A stretch of 36,691 nucleotides of DNA, taken from assembly GCA_014728955.1 (NCBI GenBank), contig WJKT01000087.1:1-36691 (forward strand), in the 5' to 3' direction. The notes beneath the pieces are model-generated. The model saw only the letters and a list, made by a program, of their open reading frames with translations, made no database searches and had not been told where the DNA came from. Origin of the DNA: Candidatus Peregrinibacteria bacterium (lineage in GTDB: Bacteria > Patescibacteriota > Gracilibacteria > UBA1369 > PNNO01). Positions 17,303 through 23,295 of the stretch are shown one piece after another (within the stretch, counting starts at the first letter, position 1; every line of letters begins with the position of its first letter). A program made the translations under genes and the position numbers.

Positions 17303-18658
17303 TCACATATTTCCGTCGGCAACAAGAACTTCTCCCAGTTCCCAAATATCGCCGGCTCCCATAATCAGGGCAATATCAATGTCATCACTGTTGTTTTTTA
17401 AATATTTCTTTATTTCTTGATACGTTTCCAGATGATATGTCTGTATGCCCTGTACTTGCACCGCCTCGATTAAATCATCAACCGATATACTAGTAACATC
17501 TTGTTTTGTATCACGAACACGATAAATATTAGGAATAATAACAATATCAGCTTCTTTAAACGACGAAGCAAATTCGGATAAAAATTGTTTTGTCCTGTTA
17601 TACTGATGTGGTTGAAAAATACAACATATCTTTTTTCCCGGATATCGTTGCCGAGTCGCTTTCAGAGTGCTTTTAATGGCTGTGGGGTGATGAGCATAAT
17701 CATTAATGATGGTTATGCCGTTATATGTTCCCATAATATCAAAACGTCTCCATGATCCCGTGAAACCATTTAAAGTTTTTATCACCGTTTCCCGATTAAT
17801 TGCAAGAATGTCTCCCAGAATATAGGCGGCTAGCGCATTCATTTTATTGAAGTCGCCGGGAACCGAAAGATGTAATGTCCCCTGCTTTTTCTTACCCTTA
17901 TAAAGGGTATTATCGGCAATGGTAAAATCTGCATCGGCATTATGCGTAGAAAACGTTATAATCTTTGCTTTTTGACCGGCAATAACATCACGCACATTGG
18001 GATCGTCTATATTGGCAATCAAATATCCTTCCTTGGGTAGCTTTTCTATAAATTCTTTAAAAGCACTTTTATAATCTTCCAGATCTTTATAATAATCCAA
18101 GTGTTCCGCCTCAAGATTGGTAAGTATAATAATATTTGGATTATATCTGAGGAAATTACGTTTATATTCGCATGCTTCAACAAGAAATATATCGCCATCC
18201 CCTTGACGATAATTGTTATTATCCAGTTGCTTCACTTGCGATCCAACCACGACAGTAGGATCTTTTTTACCCGCCACCATAACCAATGCAGCCATGGAAG
18301 TAACGGTTGTTTTCCCATGGGTTCCACATACCGCGATGGTATAACTGTCTTCAGTATATTCACCGATTGCTTCGGAGAATGTCATAATTTCAATATCGTG
18401 TTTTCGCGCATAAGACAATTCGGGATTCGTTTCCGGGATAGCGGATGAAACAATAACCAGATCGGGGGAATTTTCAATATGTGCCGTATCATGACCAACA
18501 TAAATAGTAATCCCCTTTTTTTGCATAGTTTGCAATAAATGAGAGTCATTCATGTCCGAACCCGATACGACGTGACCCTGTTCATGTAAAATTTGAGCAA
18601 GACCACTTAACCCGATACCTCCAATTCCTATACAGTGAATGTGTTTACCTGCTTTCAT
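17303..18658 (-). CDS. murC: UDP-N-acetylmuramate--L-alanine ligase
   Basis: N-terminal HCIGIGGIGLSGLAQIL, the Mur ligase P-loop CGTHGKTT, and Mur ligase middle and C-terminal domains (DYAHHPTAI). Confidence 0.95.
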   Translation of the reverse strand: MKAGKHIHCIGIGGIGLSGLAQILHEQGHVVSGSDMNDSHLLQTMQKKGITIYVGHDTAHIENSPDLVIVSSAIPETNPELSYARKHDIEIMTFSEAIGEYTEDSYTIAVCGTHGKTTVTSMAALVMVAGKKDPTVVVGSQVKQLDNNNYRQGDGDIFLVEACEYKRNFLRYNPNIIILTNLEAEHLDYYKDLEDYKSAFKEFIEKLPKEGYLIANIDDPNVRDVIAGQKAKIITFSTHNADADFTIADNTLYKGKKKQGTLHLSVPGDFNKMNALAAYILGDILAINRETVIKTLNGFTGSWRRFDIMGTYNGITIINDYAHHPTAIKSTLKATRQRYPGKKICCIFQPHQYNRTKQFLSEFASSFKEADIVIIPNIYRVRDTKQDVTSISVDDLIEAVQVQGIQTYHLETYQEIKKYLKNNSDDIDIALIMGAGDIWELGEVLVADGNM

Positions 18659-18660
18659 GA

Positions 18661-18689
18661 TTGCGGCTATAGTAAGTCTGTGTTAGAAT
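18661..18689 (+). promoter_or_regulatory. Putative extended -10 promoter for the ftsB-like gene
   Basis: -35 TTGCGG (18661-18666), 17-nt spacer, TGtTAGAAT (18681-18689). The 12-mer AAGTCTGTGTTA that includes the TG element recurs at 19991-20002 in the same position relative to another start codon. Confidence 0.4.
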
Positions 18690-18717
18690 TTTTGAGCTTT
18701 CTGACTAGATTCATACC

Positions 18718-19128
18718 ATGGAGAAAAAAAAGGATCAACCGTCAAATCTTACGAATTTCATTATTATAGGGCTTATTCTTCTGAGCACATATTTATTATA
18801 CTCGTTGACACTTGCATTTTATAAGAGTCATCAAATTGATATTTATATCGAAGATTTCGAACAGGAGAATCACCGTATTGCAGAAGAAAACCGTAAACTT
18901 GTTGAAGAGTTTGATTACGTAACCTCGGATGCCTATATCGACAAAATACTCAAGCAAAACAAAGGGCTAATTAATCCCGGAGAAGATATGATTGTTATAG
19001 CCTCAACTCCCCTACTCGGCGAAGAGCAGGCAGTTGAAGAATTTGGAAATATGACTCGCAACCTTGATGGAGTTTCAAATGTGGACAAATGGAAAATCTT
19101 TATTTTTGACGACAACCCATTGCGATAA
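18718..19128 (+). CDS. Septum-formation-initiator-like (FtsB/DivIC-type) bitopic membrane protein
   Basis: 136 aa: a short cytoplasmic N-terminus, one TM helix (NFIIIGLILLSTYLLYSLTLAF), then a coiled-coil-prone segment (IEDFEQENHRIAEENRKLVEEF). It sits divergent from murC. The call rests on architecture only. Confidence 0.55.
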   Translation: MEKKKDQPSNLTNFIIIGLILLSTYLLYSLTLAFYKSHQIDIYIEDFEQENHRIAEENRKLVEEFDYVTSDAYIDKILKQNKGLINPGEDMIVIASTPLLGEEQAVEEFGNMTRNLDGVSNVDKWKIFIFDDNPLR

Positions 19129-19132
19129 ATCC

Positions 19133-19160
19133 TTGACAACAGGTTTTTGTAGCGTATCAT
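19133..19160 (+). promoter_or_regulatory. Putative promoter for initiator tRNA
   Basis: Perfect -35 TTGACA (19133-19138), 16-nt spacer, -10 TATCAT (19155-19160). The tRNA starts 20 nt downstream. Confidence 0.5.
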
Positions 19161-19179
19161 ACAGGTACTTTCCCACTAT

Positions 19180-19254
19180 CGCGGGGTAGAGCAGTGGCAG
19201 CTCGTCGGGCTCATAACCCGGAGGTCGCAGGTTCGAATCCTGCCCCCGCAACCA
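19180..19254 (+). tRNA. Initiator tRNA-fMet (anticodon CAT), CCA encoded
   Basis: A 75-nt cloverleaf folded by hand. It closely parallels E. coli tRNA-fMet (CGCGGGG...GGGCTCATAACCC...CCCCGCAACCA). It shows the C1-A72 mismatch, three consecutive G-C pairs at 29-31/39-41 and an A11-T24 pair, which are the bacterial initiator hallmarks. Confidence 0.93.
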
Positions 19255-19261
19255 AAAATAC

Positions 19262-19287
19262 CACTCATTTCTAATGAGTGTTTTTTT
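19262..19287. terminator. Bidirectional Rho-independent terminator between the tRNA-fMet and pgsA-like 3' ends
   Basis: Perfect 8-bp stem CACTCATT/AATGAGTG (19262-19269 / 19273-19280) with a 3-nt loop, followed by T7 (19281-19287) on the + strand. On the - strand the same hairpin is followed by gTATTTTT. Confidence 0.6.
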
Positions 19288-19816
19288 ACGCTTTGCTAAA
19301 AATATGTTTCCAAAATGATCGCCCACCCATAACTCCCAAAATAAGAGCAACAAGTAAATTAACAAAAGCAATAGTTTGGAAAACAGTAATTCCCATTATA
19401 AGGAAAAGCTCTCCACAGAGTATGGCAATATCTATGAAAAATGATTTAAACTTTGCATAAAAAGGCGGCTTTATGAACAGTTTTTCTATTGTTGCATATT
19501 TTAAGGATGTATCCACAATCAGTTCACGAGCAATTAATACCATAACAATCCACAAAGGAAACACCTCTAATGTTGCCAGGGCAATCATTACCAAAACATG
19601 CAATAATTTATCTGCTATCGGATCAAGCAAAATCCCCATTTTGCTTTCTTGCTTTAGTGTGCGTGCAAGGTAACCGTCTACCAAATCACTGGCTGCAGCA
19701 ATTGCATATATAACGATAGCAACATGATAATGGTAGGGAAACTCAAAAAAAAGTGCGCCAATGGCAAACGGAACAAGAAAAATTCTAAAAAAACTAATAT
19801 AATTAGGAAGCGTCAT
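19286..19816 (-). CDS. CDP-alcohol phosphatidyltransferase (PgsA-like)
   Basis: 176 aa and multi-pass. It carries the family signature D(x2)DG(x2)AR(x8)G(x3)D(x3)D in ASDLVDGYLARTLKQESKMGILLDPIADKL. Head-group specificity is not assignable by eye. Confidence 0.85.
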   Translation of the reverse strand: MTLPNYISFFRIFLVPFAIGALFFEFPYHYHVAIVIYAIAAASDLVDGYLARTLKQESKMGILLDPIADKLLHVLVMIALATLEVFPLWIVMVLIARELIVDTSLKYATIEKLFIKPPFYAKFKSFFIDIAILCGELFLIMGITVFQTIAFVNLLVALILGVMGGRSFWKHIFSKA

Positions 19817-19859
19817 AAGCCAATAGAATAATAATCACTACCATTATAATACAAAAAGC

Positions 19860-19880
19860 CCTATTCAGCCACTGAATAGG
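19860..19880. promoter_or_regulatory. Perfect 9-bp inverted repeat (candidate operator) in the divergent pgsA-like / XRE intergenic region
   Basis: CCTATTCAG-cca-CTGAATAGG (19860-19868 / 19872-19880). It lies just upstream of a minus-strand TATAAT (plus-strand ATTATA, 19843-19848) and ~27 nt before the pgsA-like start. Confidence 0.35.
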
Positions 19881-19978
19881 TACTTTTTGTGAAGCCTCTC
19901 TCTTCTCTTTCGAGATTCTCTAAAACCGATTAAAAATTTAACAAATCATTCATTGTATGTAAAGTTTTTCCTTTCATC

Positions 19979-20006
19979 TTTACAATATTTAAGTCTGTGT
20001 TAATAT
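19979..20006 (+). promoter_or_regulatory. Putative extended -10 promoter for the XRE-family gene
   Basis: -35 TTTACA (19979-19984), 16-nt spacer, TGtTAATAT (19998-20006). It lies 31 nt upstream of ATG 20037. Confidence 0.45.
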
Positions 20007-20036
20007 TTAGTTCACTCAATGTAAAATTCACACACT

Positions 20037-20786
20037 ATGAATCGAAATTTTAATAAAATTATATCGCAACGCATTAAGATGGCGTTAAAAGAAGCTAATA
20101 CCTCGCAGACTGAATTAGCTCAAATGATTGAAAAATCTCGTGCTTATATTTCCAATATTACGAAAGGACGATATGTTCCCAAAGTATCGGAATTAATTAA
20201 AATTGCAGAGTATCTCAAAAAACCCGTGGGTTATTTTCTTGGTGAGGATAAACCCGGTCTTATGCATTATGTACAAAAAGCAAAAAAATGGGACAAACTC
20301 GTAAAACTTATTGAAACCGACATTCGAAAAGATTTGTCTGACGATGTAGTTGCAATCCCCATGCTTGAACATGCCAATATACGAAATAAAAGCGTACAGG
20401 AAATTATAGATTCACGAAAAAATCTTAAAAATTATATTTATCTTTCAAAGCACAATCTGCGTAAATATTACAAATACACAAAATCACTCGATGATTTATT
20501 GGGATTGCGAATATTTATAAGAGATTATCCTGAATTTGGTATTTATTTAGGTGATATTACCGTTTACGAACCTGTTTTTAATAACGATATCGGTGATGAT
20601 AGCGGAAAACTGTTTGGTATTATCTATAAAGGAGATTTATGTATTAAACGCGTCTATAAAGAAGGTAAAAAATATTACTTTGAGCCGCTTCATTCAACAC
20701 CGCAACTCAATAAGATGACAATGCACAATAAAGATCTTGTTATTGCCGGAAAGATTGTATTCTCCATTCATACAAAGCTTTTTTGA
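20037..20786 (+). CDS. XRE-family HTH regulator with a C-terminal LexA/CI-type S24-like domain lacking the catalytic serine
   Basis: N-terminal HTH_XRE (TSQTELAQMIEKSRAYISNITKGRYVPKVSELIKIAEYLKKPVGYF). The C-terminal region aligns by eye to the S24 fold: LRIFIRDYPEFGIYLGDITV versus the canonical GDSMEP..I..GD, and CIKRV versus the KR motif. The Ser position is occupied by Tyr164. Confidence 0.75.
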   Translation: MNRNFNKIISQRIKMALKEANTSQTELAQMIEKSRAYISNITKGRYVPKVSELIKIAEYLKKPVGYFLGEDKPGLMHYVQKAKKWDKLVKLIETDIRKDLSDDVVAIPMLEHANIRNKSVQEIIDSRKNLKNYIYLSKHNLRKYYKYTKSLDDLLGLRIFIRDYPEFGIYLGDITVYEPVFNNDIGDDSGKLFGIIYKGDLCIKRVYKEGKKYYFEPLHSTPQLNKMTMHNKDLVIAGKIVFSIHTKLF

Positions 20787-20934
20787 TGCCTTGCATTATA
20801 TGCAATAAATAGTGTACTTTCATTTCGTCATGACATCATGAACGCCGCTCTTTGAAATCGGCTGACGACGGTTTTTTTCTGCCTATTTACGAAAATATAC
20901 AGAAAGATGTCGTCGTCAGAAAGGCTGGTCTGTG

Positions 20935-21906
20935 ATGAACAGAAATTCCTTTTCATTATTCTTTTCCAGATCAAATATTCCCAACGTGATTACGGGAAGC
21001 AGAATTATTCTCTTTTTACTCACCCTTTTTGCAATTAATTACACGTATCATACCAACGAGCCGCTTCATGCTGCATTCTCAATTATTGGTGCGGTGCTGT
21101 ACGGTCTCGATTGGCTTGATGGATACGTCGCTCGAAAATACGGATGGGAATCCTCTTTTGGTGCTATTTTTGATCCGGCAGGAGATAAAATATGTGCCTA
21201 CAGCATGCTCGCCTATTTCTACTCAATCGGGATCTTCCCGCTGTGGGCTCTTGCAATCATCCTCTTCCGCGATATTGTTCTCAGTACTATACGGCTGGCA
21301 AGTGTAAAGTACGGCTTTACATTTAAAACCAGTCAGATGGGAAAACTGAGAACCAATATTATCGGTTTCGGTGGTGGTATGCTGTACCTACTCCACTATT
21401 GGGGAGAATATTACTTTATTGAAGTTGATATAGGAATCAGCCATGTCGTTATGATCGGCATTACGCTGTTTACTATCTTCAATATAGTAAAATTGCCCAA
21501 TCAATTCATGCTGAAGATTTTTCCTCGTTTTACCGATAAGGTAGGAGCGGTTATAACCTTTATAATTGCTGCAATTTATCCTCCTTATTCAATTATCATT
21601 GCGATGATATGGATAACGGCGTATACCTTATGGGACTATGGAAGAGCGTTCATGCATGAAGTGGAGAAAAAGCTGGCGGTAGACAGAAAAAACGTTCAAA
21701 AGTTCATTCCAAAGGCAATTGCATATTGTTGTATTGGCATCGGTATGACTGCCGTGATACTTGGACTGCTGACCGTTTCTATCTATGCGTCAATTCTTAT
21801 TGCAATGGGCATTTTCATCGCATTGCTTATGCAAAATCAAAATGTGGCAAATGCACAACTTGTCACTATCCCCCACAAACAGACAACGACATCAAACACG
21901 TCATGA
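20935..21906 (+). CDS. CDP-alcohol phosphatidyltransferase with an extra C-terminal multi-TM extension
   Basis: Signature D(x2)DG(x2)AR(x8)G(x3)D(x3)D in LDWLDGYVARKYGWESSFGAIFDPAGDKI. There are ~190 aa of catalytic TM core plus ~130 aa of additional hydrophobic helices. I prefer ATG 20935 over GTG 20932. Confidence 0.8.
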   Translation: MNRNSFSLFFSRSNIPNVITGSRIILFLLTLFAINYTYHTNEPLHAAFSIIGAVLYGLDWLDGYVARKYGWESSFGAIFDPAGDKICAYSMLAYFYSIGIFPLWALAIILFRDIVLSTIRLASVKYGFTFKTSQMGKLRTNIIGFGGGMLYLLHYWGEYYFIEVDIGISHVVMIGITLFTIFNIVKLPNQFMLKIFPRFTDKVGAVITFIIAAIYPPYSIIIAMIWITAYTLWDYGRAFMHEVEKKLAVDRKNVQKFIPKAIAYCCIGIGMTAVILGLLTVSIYASILIAMGIFIALLMQNQNVANAQLVTIPHKQTTTSNTS

Positions 21907-21950
21907 TGGGCTTCAAACAAAACGAATGCTCATTGTGCATCATTGTGCGC

Positions 21951-21982
21951 GGGCGCCGTTTTATAAGACGGTGCCCTTTTTT
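21951..21982 (+). terminator. Rho-independent terminator after the 20935-21906 gene
   Basis: GC-rich 9-bp stem GGGCGCCGT / ACGGTGCCC (one G-T wobble), 8-nt loop, then T6 (21977-21982). Confidence 0.7.
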
Positions 21983-21990
21983 AAAAAAGC

Positions 21991-22019
21991 TTGCACTCAC
22001 CCATGCAAAAACGTAATAT
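21991..22019 (+). promoter_or_regulatory. Putative promoter for the tRNA(CAU)-carS-like transcription unit
   Basis: -35 TTGCAC (21991-21996), exact 17-nt spacer, -10 TAATAT (22014-22019). The tRNA 5' end is at 22033. Confidence 0.55.
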
Positions 22020-22032
22020 ATTTCTCGCACGT

Positions 22033-22109
22033 GGCCGGGTAGCTCAGTTGGTTAGAGCGCGGGACTCATAAGCCCGAGGTCGTGGGTTCGATCCCCACCC
22101 CTGCCACCA
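22033..22109 (+). tRNA. tRNA with CAT anticodon (elongator tRNA-Met, or tRNA-Ile2 if C34 is lysidinylated), CCA encoded
   Basis: A 77-nt cloverleaf folded by hand (GGCCGGG-TA-GCTC...GAGC-G-CGGGA-CTCATAA-GCCCG-AGGTC-GTGGG-TTCGATC-CCCAC-CCCTGCC-A-CCA). It has regular D and T arms. Two non-Watson-Crick positions are present (C4/T69 and A31/G39). Confidence 0.85.
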
Positions 22110-22120
22110 TTTTATTGCCT

Positions 22121-22642
22121 ATGAATTACACTTTTTTAGTTTATTATTCGGTTATCTTTTTTCTTCCGGCATACGTTGCCAATGCAATGCCGGTTATTGC
22201 CAACGGTCTTAATCTGTGTCCTTCGCTTGCAAAACCAATACACGAGGAATGGTTCGGTAAATCTAAAACATATAGAGGGTTTATATTCGGGATTATAGGA
22301 GCTTTTATTATTAATATAGTGCCGCTTTCCTTTGGATTTTATGATTTTCATGAAAGCGCAACATTGATTATTTTCTTTTGGACAACTTTTACTCTAAGTA
22401 TCGGTGCACTACTTGGCGACCTTGCAAAAAGCTTTTTCAAAAGACGGGTAGGTATAAAAAGCGGCCACCCATGGCCACCGTTCGATCAATTGGACTATGT
22501 TATCGGAGCATTGCTCTTTTCATATGCAATAAACCCCCAGCCGCTTGAAGTCATTGTGACGCTGCTTATCCTCTCCCCTCTTCTCTCCCTTTTTGCAAAT
22601 GTTGCCGCGTATATTCTTCATCTAAAAAAAGTGTGGTGGTAA
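22121..22642 (+). CDS. CDP-archaeol synthase-like cytidylyltransferase (CarS/DUF46 family)
   Basis: 173 aa and 5-6 TM. FLPAYVANAMPVIANG, KPIHEEWFGKSKTYRGF, GDLAKSFFKRRVGIKSGHPWPPFDQLDYVIGALLF and the C-terminal HLKKVWW parallel the conserved blocks of archaeal CarS as I recall them (PxYxxN, GxxKTWRG, GDLxxSFxKRRxG...DQLxF, ...KEVPW). ATG 22121 is 11 nt after the tRNA 3' end. I rejected the ORF-track start at 22082 because it lies inside the tRNA. Confidence 0.8.
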   Translation: MNYTFLVYYSVIFFLPAYVANAMPVIANGLNLCPSLAKPIHEEWFGKSKTYRGFIFGIIGAFIINIVPLSFGFYDFHESATLIIFFWTTFTLSIGALLGDLAKSFFKRRVGIKSGHPWPPFDQLDYVIGALLFSYAINPQPLEVIVTLLILSPLLSLFANVAAYILHLKKVWW

Positions 22643-23251
22643 TTACTCCTCCACCGGTAACTCTTTCTCAATTGCTTTTTTGATTTTTTCGTATGGCTGC
22701 ACTCCCAGTAATTGCTGATCATTTACGAAAATCGTTGGGGTTGCGCTTACTCCTCTCTCTTTTCCTTCTTTTCGATTACGTAATACCACGTTTTTATAAC
22801 GATCGGTATCAAGACAAGTATCAAACGCCTGGACGTTCAATCCATATTCATTGGCACGTGCCGTTAAACTTTCCCGGTCAAGATTCTCCTGATCACTAAA
22901 TAAATCAATATGCATTTGCCAATATAGATTTTCATCCTGTTCACCCGCACAATAAGTGGCTTCACTCGCTTTTTGTGCATATTCGTGATTCAGCATAGGA
23001 TAATCTTTAAACACAAATCGAACTTTTCCCGTTTCTATATAATCTTTTTGCAACTCCGGCAATATCTGTAAAGCAAACATGGCGCAAAACGAAGATTCGT
23101 AATCACTATAAGCGGTAACAACAACATCGGCATTTGCGTTCCCTTTTGAATAGGTGATGTCGATATCCTGAGGGATTGATGTATTCTCCTGATTCGAGCA
23201 TCCACCCGCAATCAGTGCAAGCACACATAACAATGAGAATACTTTTCGCAT
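22643..23251 (-). CDS. DsbA/BdbD-like thioredoxin-fold lipoprotein with an S-x-x-C (not C-x-x-C) active-site motif
   Basis: Lipoprotein-type signal (LALIAGGC). It aligns by eye with the BdbD/DsbA family (VVVTAYSDYESSFCAMF versus ..EFGDYKCPSC..), with the cis-Pro loop SATPTIFVN conserved. The first active-site Cys is replaced by Ser53. Confidence 0.8.
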   Translation of the reverse strand: MRKVFSLLCVLALIAGGCSNQENTSIPQDIDITYSKGNANADVVVTAYSDYESSFCAMFALQILPELQKDYIETGKVRFVFKDYPMLNHEYAQKASEATYCAGEQDENLYWQMHIDLFSDQENLDRESLTARANEYGLNVQAFDTCLDTDRYKNVVLRNRKEGKERGVSATPTIFVNDQQLLGVQPYEKIKKAIEKELPVEE

Positions 23252-23295
23252 GACAAAAAAGATTAATAGTGATCAAGACGCATTATGCACTAAAA

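Noticed and set aside
1524-17345. Many long shadow ORFs inside well-supported genes (for example 1524..1976-, 2989..3444-, 4552..4932-, 7315..7644-, 8838..9257+, 10657..11082+, 11858..12226-, 14474..14824-, 15612..16004-, 17040..17345-).
   Set aside because: Each lies antisense to or out of frame with a CDS that carries clear family motifs. Their sequences are low-complexity or hydrophobic nonsense typical of non-coding frames.
19075-19371. ORF 19075..19371(-), 98 aa, spanning the tRNA-fMet gene and terminator.
   Set aside because: It runs antisense through a canonical tRNA and a terminator hairpin, so it is an artefact of ORF calling.
21931-21948. Direct repeat CATTGTGC-at-CATTGTGC just after the 20935-21906 gene.
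   Set aside because: There are only two 8-nt copies, immediately upstream of a strong terminator. No matching copy occurs elsewhere in the window, so it is insufficient to call a repeat element.
19180-22109. Integrated prophage or genomic island between the two CAU tRNA genes.
   Set aside because: I found no integrase, recombinase, phage structural gene or duplicated tRNA 3' segment (att-like direct repeat). Only the XRE/S24-like gene and one GC-rich gene hint at foreign origin. The weaker form of this idea is retained as a finding.
22643-22660. The DsbA-like protein also ends in an acidic tail (-LPVEE), considered as a second candidate substrate of the ATP-grasp ligase.
   Set aside because: The protein is a predicted exported lipoprotein, so its C-terminus would not be accessible to a cytoplasmic ligase. 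The similarity to the -VEEE tail is probably coincidental.
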